DNA of 64,000 nucleotides from an uncultured Bacilli bacterium (GTDB lineage Bacteria; Bacillota_I; Bacilli_A; RF39; UBA660): NCBI GenBank assembly GCA_947632455.1, contig CANRPK010000003.1, positions 2,476 to 66,475 of the forward strand, read 5' to 3'. Shown piece by piece: positions 55,459 to 64,000 of this stretch (position 1 is its first letter; each line of letters starts with the position of its first letter). The notes under the pieces were generated by a model. It saw only the letters and a program-made list of their open reading frames with translations, ran no database searches and was not told where the DNA came from. The position numbers and the translations under genes were made by a program.

Positions 55459-56172
55459 ATGTCAAGAGTTGTTTTAATAACCGGTGCAACTAGAGGTCTA
55501 GGTTATGCTATTGCTAAATTATTTTTAGAAAACTCTAATATAGTTTATATAAATTATTTTAAAAGCCATGATAAAGCTCAAGCAATTATAAAAAAATATC
55601 CCAATGCTAGAGATGCCCAAGCTGATTTAAATAATGAACATGAAATAATTGATATGATAAATAAAATAAAAAAGGAAGAAGGAAAAATAGATGTATTAAT
55701 TAATAATGCTGGTATAGCTCTTGATAGTACATTTGAAGATAAAACTAAAGATAATTTTATCAAAACTTTAGATACTAATTTAATTGCTCCCTTTTTAGTT
55801 ACTAAATATGCTTCTTTAATTATGCCTAAAAATAGTAATATTATTAATATATCTTCAACTAATGGTCTTGATACTAATTATCCATATAGTCTTGATTATG
55901 ATGCATCTAAAGCTGGTTTAATATCCTTAACTCATAACTTAGCCGAACAATTTGCTCCAAACATTCGCGTAAATTGTATTGCTCCCGGTTGGATTAATAC
56001 TGACATGAATAAAGAACTATCTCCAGAATTTATTGCAAATGAGTGTTCTAAAATAATGTTAGGCCGTTTTGCTGAGCCTGAAGAAATTGCCAAAGTAGTC
56101 TTTTTTGTAGCTAGTGATGATGCTAGCTATCTAAATAATAGTGTTATAAGAGTTGATGGAGGAAATAGATGA
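55459..56172 (+). CDS. SDR-family oxidoreductase (FabG-like)
   Basis: ITGATRGLG, NNAG, catalytic YDASKAG. Confidence 0.85.
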   Translation: MSRVVLITGATRGLGYAIAKLFLENSNIVYINYFKSHDKAQAIIKKYPNARDAQADLNNEHEIIDMINKIKKEEGKIDVLINNAGIALDSTFEDKTKDNFIKTLDTNLIAPFLVTKYASLIMPKNSNIINISSTNGLDTNYPYSLDYDASKAGLISLTHNLAEQFAPNIRVNCIAPGWINTDMNKELSPEFIANECSKIMLGRFAEPEEIAKVVFFVASDDASYLNNSVIRVDGGNR

Positions 56173-57395
56173 ATATACAATCTTTAGTTTTAGAAGCCGA
56201 ACAAAAATGTTCTGAAATTTTTAAACAAATTGATGCTAATGAATATTATTTTAGCACTTTAGTCTTAGAAGCCTTTCATAATCAAAATATTAATGAAAGT
56301 CATTTTAATATGACAACTGGATATGGCTATAATGATTTAGGCCGTGATGCTATTGAAAAAGTTTTTGCTGAAGTATTAAAAGGGGAAAAAGCTTTAGTAA
56401 GAAATCAATTTATAAGTGGATCTCATGCTTTATCTACTGCTTTATTTGCTCTTTTAAGGCCTAATGATAAAATGCTTTCAATAACTGGTTTACCATATGA
56501 TACCCTACATGAAGTAATAGGTATTAAAGATAATCCTAGTTCTCTAAAAAGTTTTCATATCTCCTATGATCAAGTAGATTTAATTGATAATGAATTTGAT
56601 ATTCCCAAAATTATAAATAAACTCCAAACATCTAAAATAAAACTTATAGAAATTCAAAGAAGTAAAGGTTATTCTACTAGAAAAAGTATTTCTATTTCTC
56701 AAATAAAAGAAGTAATAAGTGAAATTAGAAAAGTAGATCAAGATGTAATAATTATGATAGATAATTGTTATTGTGAATTTGTAGAAAAAACATCTCCACT
56801 AGAAGTTGGAGCCGATATTATAGTAGGTTCTTTAATTAAAAATTTAGGTGGTTCTATCGCTTCTAATGGTGCCTATATAGTTGGAAGAAAAGATTTAATT
56901 AATCTATGTGCTGAAAGACTTAACTTGCCTGGTGAAGGAATAGATGTTGGCCCATCTTTAGGTGCTAATAAAAGTATATTACAAGGTTTATATTTTGCTC
57001 CTTCCGTTGTAGCATCAAGCCTAAAAACTGCTATATTAACTAGTTATTTAATGGAAAAATTAAATTTTGAAGTAGAGCCAAAATATAATGATAACAGGGT
57101 AGATATAGTTCAAAATATTATATTTAATGATCCAGATAAATTAATAAAATATGTTGAAAATATTCAAAAATATTCCCCAATAGACTCCAATAGTATGCCT
57201 ATACCAGCCCCAATGCCTGGTTATGATGATGATGTTATTATGGCAAGTGGAGCTTTTACTCAAGGCTCAAGTATTGAGTTATCTTGTGATGGTCCCCTAA
57301 GAAAACCATATATTGCTTACCAACAGGGTGGTGTAACTTATAATTATGGTAAAATCGCTATAACTAATGCCATAAAAGATTTAATAGCTAAATAA
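56169..57395 (+). CDS. Methionine gamma-lyase-family PLP protein (YnbB / aluminium-resistance type)
   Basis: TTGYGYNDLGRD start motif, 408 aa, typical of the YnbB family. Confidence 0.75.
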   Translation: MNIQSLVLEAEQKCSEIFKQIDANEYYFSTLVLEAFHNQNINESHFNMTTGYGYNDLGRDAIEKVFAEVLKGEKALVRNQFISGSHALSTALFALLRPNDKMLSITGLPYDTLHEVIGIKDNPSSLKSFHISYDQVDLIDNEFDIPKIINKLQTSKIKLIEIQRSKGYSTRKSISISQIKEVISEIRKVDQDVIIMIDNCYCEFVEKTSPLEVGADIIVGSLIKNLGGSIASNGAYIVGRKDLINLCAERLNLPGEGIDVGPSLGANKSILQGLYFAPSVVASSLKTAILTSYLMEKLNFEVEPKYNDNRVDIVQNIIFNDPDKLIKYVENIQKYSPIDSNSMPIPAPMPGYDDDVIMASGAFTQGSSIELSCDGPLRKPYIAYQQGGVTYNYGKIAITNAIKDLIAK

Positions 57396-57471
57396 AAAAC
57401 CCTAAATATTCAGGATTAATCAGTTTAAAAATAAAATTCAAGTATTTACTTAAAAAAAGTGACAAAAATTA

Positions 57472-57500
57472 TTGACAACTTTAATTATTAATGATATATT
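57472..57500 (+). promoter_or_regulatory. Promoter of the tRNA operon
   Basis: TTGACA, 17-nt spacer, TATATT with upstream TG (extended -10). Confidence 0.6.
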
Positions 57501-57517
57501 TAATTACGTCACGAGAT

Positions 57518-57594
57518 GGGCGCTTAGCTCAGTTGGTTAGAGCATCTGCCTTACAAGCAGAGGGTCATAGGTTCGAGTCCTATAGCGCCCACCA
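57518..57594 (+). tRNA. tRNA-Val (UAC)
   Basis: Cloverleaf GGGCGCT...AGCGCCCACCA. Anticodon loop CTTACAA. Confidence 0.9.
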
Positions 57595-57616
57595 TTTTAA
57601 TTATATATTTGTATTT

Positions 57617-57692
57617 GCCGACTTAGCGTAATAGGTAGCGCAACTGACTTGTAATCAGTAGGTTGGGGGTTCGATTCCCTCAGTCGGCACCA
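57617..57692 (+). tRNA. tRNA-Thr (UGU)
   Basis: GCCGACT...AGTCGGCACCA. Anticodon loop CTTGTAA. Confidence 0.9.
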
Positions 57693-57701
57693 TTTTTTTA
57701 T

Positions 57702-57785
57702 GGGGAGATAGCGAAGTGGCCAAACGCGGCAGACTGTAAATCTGTTCCTTCGGGTTCCGTGGTTCAAATCCACGTCTCCCCACCA
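57702..57785 (+). tRNA. tRNA-Tyr (GUA), long variable arm
   Basis: GGGGAGA...TCTCCCCACCA. Anticodon loop CTGTAAA. Confidence 0.9.
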
Positions 57786-57795
57786 CTTTGAATAT

Positions 57796-57871
57796 TGCCT
57801 CGTAGCCAAGTGGTAAGGCATCAGACTTTGACTCTGACATTCCGCTGGTCCGAATCCAGCCGAGGCAGCCA
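57796..57871 (+). tRNA. tRNA-Gln (UUG)
   Basis: TGCCTCG...CGAGGCAGCCA. Anticodon loop CTTTGAC. Confidence 0.85.
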
Positions 57872-57876
57872 TTCTT

Positions 57877-57952
57877 GGTTCGCTAGCTCAGTAGGTAGAG
57901 CATTTGACTTTTAATCAAAGGGTCGAGAGTTCGAATCTCTCGCGAGCCACCA
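57877..57952 (+). tRNA. tRNA-Lys (UUU)
   Basis: GGTTCGC...GCGAGCCACCA. Anticodon loop CTTTTAA. Confidence 0.9.
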
Positions 57953-57964
57953 TTTATTGATTAT

Positions 57965-57990
57965 AAGCCCCGTATTTTCGGGGCTTTTTC
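57965..57990 (+). terminator. Terminator of the tRNA operon
   Basis: AAGCCCCG-TATTTT-CGGGGCTT followed by TTT. Confidence 0.7.
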
Positions 57991-58238
57991 ATAAATTGCT
58001 TTCTCTTTAATTTTTAAAACTTTTTAAATGTTATAATTTTTTGATTACCAATTCTTAAAATACCATTTTTAATAAGTTTGCTCATCATTATAACATAATT
58101 TTTATGCCTGTAAATATTTTGATATCTAGTTATTTCATATACTTTTTATCAAACTTATTCAAGCTTTTCTAGTTATTGGTTTTTTCTTTAGGAGATATCT
58201 TCAACCCTTATTCTGCTGTAACAGAATAAGGTATTTTT

Positions 58239-58979
58239 TTACTTAGTTTGTAATTTTTTTAATTCTTCTTTTTCTAATTCTTTTATTGATTTTTCCGGAG
58301 TTGGCAATTTTTCAGGCATAGTACCACCAATTCTTTTAATTGTTTGCCTTACTGCTTGACCAACATCATGGTGAGTAATGCAAGCATCCTCTTCGTTATT
58401 AACTTTTTTGTTTTTTAATACTTCTTCAGTTTGTGTAATTCTAAATAAATTAGCAGCTAATTCTGTACTTCCCATATAATCTAATATTTCTTCTTTATTA
58501 GGATCTATTCCTTTTCTTTTTGCTATCATTTTGGCAGTTTCCCCATTATATAAACCTCGATAGCCATAGTCATTAAATTTTCCAAAATTTTCAACACCAG
58601 CATTTTTAGCAGTATCAAATAAATATTTATTTTTGTTTGTAACGTTTATTCTTGTATATAATCTTTTTTCATCTTCGCTTAGTTTAGTATATTCTTTTTC
58701 TGTTAATTCCATTTTACGAGTTTGTACAGCAAAATAAGTTTGGCCTAAAGCAACTGTCTTATGCCTTGCGGGATTAGCATTTTGGACAATTAAATAACAA
58801 GCATAACGTGATAGTTTGTAATCTATAACTTCTTTTGTAGCTCCTTTAGGCATTATTATCGTTTTCCCTTTAAGGGGAAAATGTTCATCAACATTAAATC
58901 CACTTAATTTACAACTTACTTTTGCTTTGTTAATAACTTTAGCAAAATGTTCCCATTTTGAGTACTCTAAAGCTAGCAT
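58239..58979 (-). CDS. dinD: DinD-family (DNA-damage-inducible protein D) homolog, with a frameshifted and truncated 5' end
   Basis: LSRYACYLIVQNANP, GQTYFAVQTR, MGSTELAANLFRITQTEE and GGTMPEKLPTPEKSIKELE match E. coli DinD. The conserved N-terminal piece (IDETGNEYWEAREL) sits upstream in another frame with no start codon. Confidence 0.7.
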   Translation of the reverse strand: MLALEYSKWEHFAKVINKAKVSCKLSGFNVDEHFPLKGKTIIMPKGATKEVIDYKLSRYACYLIVQNANPARHKTVALGQTYFAVQTRKMELTEKEYTKLSEDEKRLYTRINVTNKNKYLFDTAKNAGVENFGKFNDYGYRGLYNGETAKMIAKRKGIDPNKEEILDYMGSTELAANLFRITQTEEVLKNKKVNNEEDACITHHDVGQAVRQTIKRIGGTMPEKLPTPEKSIKELEKEELKKLQTK

Positions 58980-59294
58980 TAATTCTCTAGCTTCCCAATA
59001 TTCATTTCCAGTTTCATCAATATAACATAAAAAAGGTTAATTTCAATATTTTACGTTGCATTTTGCAACATATATAATACAACCCAAATAGGATGCAATG
59101 AATTATCGAAATATATCTAAAAAAGCCAAGCTGAAATAAGCAAAGAACTATCTAGGAACACTTATTCTATTTTGCAAAATAATCCTATAAAAAAGTTTAG
59201 ATGTACTAATACAGGAGTAGGGACAAATAATTCTTACGAACTAATTAGAAATTTAAAAGATAAATACAAAAAATATTTTAAGTTTTTAATTCTA

Positions 59295-60329
59295 CTAACA
59301 TAATATTTTAATTTCTTCATTATATAAAATAGGAAATTTATTTTGTAAACTACTTAAATATTGCAAAATATTTTCATCTAAATAAATATTTAAAGGATTA
59401 TCAGAAGAAGTTATGGTTACTATATCACTATTGCTAATATGTTCATCTATTTTAATTAAAGAGTATTCTTCTTTTACTTTAAAAACATCATAAATTTGTT
59501 TATTTATAACTACTTTAGTAATATTTTCATGCATTCCATTTAAATATCCTAAACTAATAATAGCTACTTTAATATCTTTTTTCTTAATCTTTATTGTTTC
59601 TATCTTTTTAATTTTAGCTTTAAGCGTAAAACTTTGTTTGTAGTTATTATTATCTTTTTTAAAAAAATCTTTCTTTACTTTATTTATTCCATAAGCTTCA
59701 TTATCTATTTTTATAGCGTTAATAATCCCATCTTTATTTTGATTATTAAAATCATCTATAATAGTTAATTTAGCTTTGTATTTTAAAATTATATCTTTGT
59801 ATGTTTCTTCATTTTCATCAAGTTTAAATCCCAATAAATGAATATGCGAATTATTTTTAATAAAACTTATCACTTTTTCAATATCATCTTTTTCTTTAAT
59901 TCCTATATAGCCATTACTATCAAGAGCCATAATAACTTCCACATCATCTCTAATATCTTGATATTTTAAGATACTAGTATCTTTAATAAGCAAAATAGCA
60001 TTATTCATAATTAAATCATAAATATTATCTTCATCAATATCTCCACTATAAATAGTAGGAATTTTTTTATTATAGCTTCTAACTTTTAATAAATCTTTAA
60101 AATTATTCACATATAAATAATCTATATTTGCAAGTTCATTTATAATATACATTCCATGATAAAAACCATTATTACTAACATCTAAAATAAAATATTTATA
60201 TGCCAAATTATCTCTTATATAATTGATATTATCTTGTAAGTTTTTAATATTGATATCTATATAATTCATATAATTCATTATTTTCACCATACTTAAATTG
60301 TAGCAAAAACTTTTTTCTAAGTCCATCAA
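59295..60329 (-). CDS. Degenerate alanine-racemase-like protein lacking the PLP lysine (start more likely Met at 60278)
   Basis: Collinear with Alr, but AVVKANAYGHG is replaced by ILDVSNNGFYHG. GYADG becomes GYLNG. RBS GGTGA precedes MNYMNYIDI. Confidence 0.5.
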   Translation of the reverse strand: MMDLEKSFCYNLSMVKIMNYMNYIDINIKNLQDNINYIRDNLAYKYFILDVSNNGFYHGMYIINELANIDYLYVNNFKDLLKVRSYNKKIPTIYSGDIDEDNIYDLIMNNAILLIKDTSILKYQDIRDDVEVIMALDSNGYIGIKEKDDIEKVISFIKNNSHIHLLGFKLDENEETYKDIILKYKAKLTIIDDFNNQNKDGIINAIKIDNEAYGINKVKKDFFKKDNNNYKQSFTLKAKIKKIETIKIKKKDIKVAIISLGYLNGMHENITKVVINKQIYDVFKVKEEYSLIKIDEHISNSDIVTITSSDNPLNIYLDENILQYLSSLQNKFPILYNEEIKILC

Positions 60330-60434
60330 TAAATAGCCATATTCACAAAATTTGTAAAATAAACTATTTCTTGTTAAAAATATTGCTTAATAACTTAAAA
60401 ATTTGGTATACTTTATATATAGAGTGGTGGTAAT

Positions 60435-61664
60435 ATGGCAAAAATAGTAAACATAATTGGAAGAGAAATTTTAGATAGTCGAGGTGATCCCACCGTTGAA
60501 GTAGAATTATATCTAGATAATGGAATAAAAACCATAGCTAGTGTTCCTTCTGGTGCTTCAACAGGTTCTAAAGAAGCCTTAGAATTGCGTGATGGTGAAG
60601 ATCGCTATCAAAAAAAGGGAGTATTAAAAGCTGTAAATAATGTTAATACCATCATTAAAGAAGCCTTAATAAATCAAGAATTAGAACAAGTAAATATTGA
60701 TAAAATTTTAATTGAATTAGATGGTACAGAAAATAAAAGTAAATTAGGTGCTAATGCTATGTTAGCGGTCTCGCTAGCTTCTATTAAAGCCGCGGCTAAA
60801 TTAGAAAATAAAGAACTATATTCTTATTTATCTAGTGGTAAAGTATCACTACCAATTCCCATGGTAAATATTATAAATGGGGGAGTACATGCTGATAATA
60901 ATTTAGATATTCAAGAATTTATGATTGTCCCAGTTGTTAAAACAATTAAAGAAAGAGTGCGCGCTGCTAGTGAAATATTTCATATCCTAAAATCTATTTT
61001 AAAATCCCAGAACTTAAGTACCGCCGTTGGGGATGAAGGGGGATTTGCTCCCAATTTAGAATATAATAACTTAGCTTTGGATTTAATCATGGAAGCAATA
61101 ATTAAAGCGGGTTATATTCCCGGTAAAGATATATTTATAGCTCTAGATGTTGCGGCCTCAGAATTATATAATAAAGAAACTAAAAAATATCATTTAGACC
61201 ATAATGATCTATCTAGTGATGAATTAATAAAATATTATATTTATTTAGTTAATAGATATCCCATAATTAGTATAGAAGATCCATTTGATGAAAATGATAT
61301 GGAATCTTTTGCTGTATTAACTAAATTAATTGGTGAAAAAATAATGTTAGTTGGCGATGATTTTTTTGTTACTAATATTAAATATCTTGATGAAGGAATT
61401 AGACATAATGCTGGAAATGCTATTTTATTAAAAGCCAACCAAATTGGTACTGTAACAGAAATGATAAAAACGATAATTTATGCCCGTCGTCATAACTATA
61501 AAATGATTATTTCCCATCGAAGTGGGGAAACCGAAGATACATTTATTGCTGATTTTGGTGTAGGTTTATCAATTCCCTTTATTAAAACCGGTTCTATGTC
61601 TCGCGGTGAAAGAATAGCCAAATATAATCGTTTAATGCGAATTGAAGAAGAATTAACAAAATAA
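60435..61664 (+). CDS. eno: Enolase
   Basis: SGASTGSKEALELRDG, IINGGVHADN, LLKANQIGT, SHRSGETEDT. Confidence 0.95.
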   Translation: MAKIVNIIGREILDSRGDPTVEVELYLDNGIKTIASVPSGASTGSKEALELRDGEDRYQKKGVLKAVNNVNTIIKEALINQELEQVNIDKILIELDGTENKSKLGANAMLAVSLASIKAAAKLENKELYSYLSSGKVSLPIPMVNIINGGVHADNNLDIQEFMIVPVVKTIKERVRAASEIFHILKSILKSQNLSTAVGDEGGFAPNLEYNNLALDLIMEAIIKAGYIPGKDIFIALDVAASELYNKETKKYHLDHNDLSSDELIKYYIYLVNRYPIISIEDPFDENDMESFAVLTKLIGEKIMLVGDDFFVTNIKYLDEGIRHNAGNAILLKANQIGTVTEMIKTIIYARRHNYKMIISHRSGETEDTFIADFGVGLSIPFIKTGSMSRGERIAKYNRLMRIEEELTK

Positions 61665-61683
61665 AAGAAAGAGGTTGATTAAA

Positions 61684-62409
61684 ATGTTTGTAGGCCCTGA
61701 ACCTATTCATATTAATAAAAATGCAAATATAGCCCCATTAGTAATAATGCCAGGCGATCCTATGCGTGCTAAATATATAGCTGAAAATTTTTTAGAAAAC
61801 GCTACTTTAGAAAATGAAATAAGAGGTATGTATGCTTATACCGGAACTTATAAAAATGTTCCCCTCACAGTCATGGCTCATGGAATGGGTATGCCTAGTG
61901 CTAGTATTTATGTATTTGAACTTATTCATTATTTTCATGTTCAAAAAATTATTAGAATTGGTACTTGTGGTGCTGTTAGTCCTAAAGCAGAAATTGGTGA
62001 TTTAATTCTTACTAAGAGTATTTATTCAGAATCTAATTTTGCTTATACTTATAGTAATTATGTCGGAAATGTCATTGAAACTAACCCCGATTTAAATAAA
62101 ACTATTCTTGATACTGCATCTAGCCTTAACTTAAAAGTTTTATATGGCATGACTACTACAATGGATGTGTTTGGCCCCTATATTGATTTTGAACGAGTTT
62201 TAAATCGTATTCCCACCGAATATGAAATCCTCTCTGAAGAAATGGAAGCGTTCGGTCTAACTCATGTTGCAAATTGCTATAATGTGCCATCTACTACTTT
62301 GATGACCGTGGTGGACTCTAAATTTTCTAAAATAGTTTTAAGCCCTAAAGATCGTGAAACTAAATTAAATAATATGATTAAATTAGCCTTGGAATCTTTA
62401 ATAAAATAA
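61684..62409 (+). CDS. deoD: Purine nucleoside phosphorylase, DeoD type
   Basis: MPGDPMRAKYIAENFLE, TGTYKNVPLTVMAHGMGMPSASIY. Alternative TTG start at 61675. Confidence 0.85.
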   Translation: MFVGPEPIHINKNANIAPLVIMPGDPMRAKYIAENFLENATLENEIRGMYAYTGTYKNVPLTVMAHGMGMPSASIYVFELIHYFHVQKIIRIGTCGAVSPKAEIGDLILTKSIYSESNFAYTYSNYVGNVIETNPDLNKTILDTASSLNLKVLYGMTTTMDVFGPYIDFERVLNRIPTEYEILSEEMEAFGLTHVANCYNVPSTTLMTVVDSKFSKIVLSPKDRETKLNNMIKLALESLIK

Positions 62410-62489
62410 TCTAAATAAACTAATTAGCACTTACTATTGACAAGTGCTAATTTTTGCATTATAATCATTCATGAAAAAGGGTGATAAAA

Positions 62490-64000
62490 ATGTATCAAAA
62501 TAACGAAGAAGAAAATGTTTTAGAAAAATATGGTCGGGATATTACTGAGTTAGCATCAAAGAATAAAATAGATCCCGTTATTGGTCGTGATGAAGAAATA
62601 AGAAGTATTATTCGAATTTTATCACGTAAAACTAAGAATAATCCCGTTTTAATTGGTGAGCCTGGTGTTGGTAAAACTGCTATAGTTGAAGGTCTTGCTA
62701 CCCGTATAATTAGGGGTGATGTACCAAGTACTCTAAAAGATAAACGTATTTGGTCGCTAGATTTAGCATCTTTAATCGCCGGGGCTAAATATCGTGGAGA
62801 ATTTGAAGAAAGACTAAAAAAAGTCTTAAAAGAAATAAGTGATTCTGAAGGTAATATAATTCTTTTTATTGATGAAATTCATATGATTATTGGTCAAGGT
62901 GCCGAAGGAGCCATGGATGTTGGTAATATTTTAAAACCAATGCTTGCTCGTGGAGAAATTCATTTAATTGGCGCGACCACCCTAAATGAGTATAGAGAAT
63001 ATATTGAAAAAGATGGAGCGTTAGAAAGACGTTTACAAAAAATACTTGTAAGTGAACCTAATGTTGAAGATACTATCACTATTTTAAGAGGTTTAAAAGA
63101 AAAATTTGAAGTATTCCATTCTGTCAATATTAAAGATAGTGCCTTAATAAGCGCGGCTACATTATCTGATAGATATATCACTAATCGTTTTTTACCAGAT
63201 AAAGCTATTGACTTAGTTGATGAAGCCTGTGCTACAATTAAAATGCAAATGGCCTCAGTTCCTACTTCCTTAGATACTTTAACTAGAAAAATCATGAGCC
63301 TAGAAATTGAAAGAGAAGCTATTAGAAAAGAAAAAGATGAAGCCTCTAAAAAAAGATTAGAAGAGCTAAATACCGAAATTAATAATCTAAAAGAAGAGGA
63401 AAGTATTATGCGTTCTAAATGGCTTGAAGAAAAAGGTTTAAATGATGAAATAAATAAGAAAAAAGAAGAATTAGAGCATACTAAATTTGAACTAGCTAAA
63501 GCTGAAAATAATTATGACTTAGAAACCGCCGCTCGTCTTCGTCATGGTGAAATTCCTAAACTTGAAAATGAATTAGAAGCTTTAAAAACTAAAAGTAATT
63601 CTAAAATGTTAAGTGATACTGTAACCGAAGAAGATATAGCTCGAGTTATTGCTAAATGGACTAATATTCCTTTAGAAAAACTTGTAAGTGGTGAAAAAGA
63701 AAAATTATTAAACTTAAAAGAAAATTTACGTAAAAGAGTAATCGGTCAAGATGAAGCTATCGAATATGTAAGTAATGCTATTATAAGAGCCAGAGCGGGT
63801 ATTAAAAATCCTAATCGACCTATTGGATCATTTATCTTTTTAGGCCCAACTGGAGTAGGTAAAACTGAACTTGCTAAAGCTTTAGCTTATGAATTATTTG
63901 ATGATGAACGTCACATGATTAGAATTGATTGTTCTGAATATATGGAAGCCTTTAATGTTTCTCGTCTTATTGGTGCCCCTCCCGGATATGTTGGCTATAA
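62490..64000 (+). CDS. clpB: ClpB-type AAA+ disaggregase lacking the N-terminal domain (3' end outside window)
   Basis: Not in the ORF track because it runs off the window. An ATG at 62490 follows [43 protein letters not shown] (NBD1), a long coiled-coil M-domain, and a second Walker [10 protein letters not shown]. Confidence 0.85.
   Translation, partial: MYQNNEEENVLEKYGRDITELASKNKIDPVIGRDEEIRSIIRILSRKTKNNPVLIGEPGVGKTAIVEGLATRIIRGDVPSTLKDKRIWSLDLASLIAGAKYRGEFEERLKKVLKEISDSEGNIILFIDEIHMIIGQGAEGAMDVGNILKPMLARGEIHLIGATTLNEYREYIEKDGALERRLQKILVSEPNVEDTITILRGLKEKFEVFHSVNIKDSALISAATLSDRYITNRFLPDKAIDLVDEACATIKMQMASVPTSLDTLTRKIMSLEIEREAIRKEKDEASKKRLEELNTEINNLKEEESIMRSKWLEEKGLNDEINKKKEELEHTKFELAKAENNYDLETAARLRHGEIPKLENELEALKTKSNSKMLSDTVTEEDIARVIAKWTNIPLEKLVSGEKEKLLNLKENLRKRVIGQDEAIEYVSNAIIRARAGIKNPNRPIGSFIFLGPTGVGKTELAKALAYELFDDERHMIRIDCSEYMEAFNVSRLIGAPPGYVGY

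Noticed and set aside
57597-57872. Minus-strand ORFs 57597-57872 and 57655-57840.
   Set aside because: They fully overlap the five well-folded plus-strand tRNA genes, so they are spurious.
1-64000. A reverse transcriptase, Avd-like accessory gene, integrase, transposase, CRISPR array or cas genes.
   Set aside because: No ORF shows RT (YxDD), integrase or transposase motifs, and no regularly spaced repeats are present. The DGR idea therefore rests only on the target-side signature.

Overview
This is a 64-kb segment of a very AT-rich Firmicutes chromosome (roughly 28-30% G+C by eye, not computed). It comes from an endospore-forming lineage (whiA, cotJA/B-cotJC, spoVS, sirA-yneF, sigH-like) and appears to use the standard genetic code. 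Most of the window is housekeeping backbone: clpP, gap, a GH31 glycosidase, T-box-controlled leuS, tsaC/sua5, ltaS, cdaA-cdaR, a rodA/ftsW-family gene, murD, rlmB, a Ca-type P-ATPase, hup, a two-gene ABC exporter, a 5-tRNA operon (Val-Thr-Tyr-Gln-Lys), a lone tRNA-Gly, eno, deoD and clpB. Five things stand out. (1) There are four dispersed cassettes, each a divergent small XRE regulator plus a membrane-anchored 489-649 aa paralog. The lectin-like C-terminus of each paralog carries a 30-31-codon hypervariable segment. In three copies that segment is a 44-53% G+C patch, adenine-poor where I counted (copy 4), which resembles a DGR variable region, but no RT or template is in the window. Each paralog is followed by a hairpin with co-varying stems and a conserved loop (identical in three copies). 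(2) An intact Nudix domain is inserted in LeuRS. (3) An LRR/transglutaminase-like gene is coupled to an HD phosphohydrolase fused to a PARP-like (H-Y-E) domain. (4) A SpoT-type HD hydrolase is fused to a P-loop kinase-like domain in a decayed islet beside tRNA-Gly. (5) The palindrome CCGCGG is roughly 20-fold over-represented, and in coding sequence it is always in frame NCC-GCG-GNN. All calls come from reading the sequence and ORF translations and from memory of protein families. No searches or programs were run, and the counts are hand counts.
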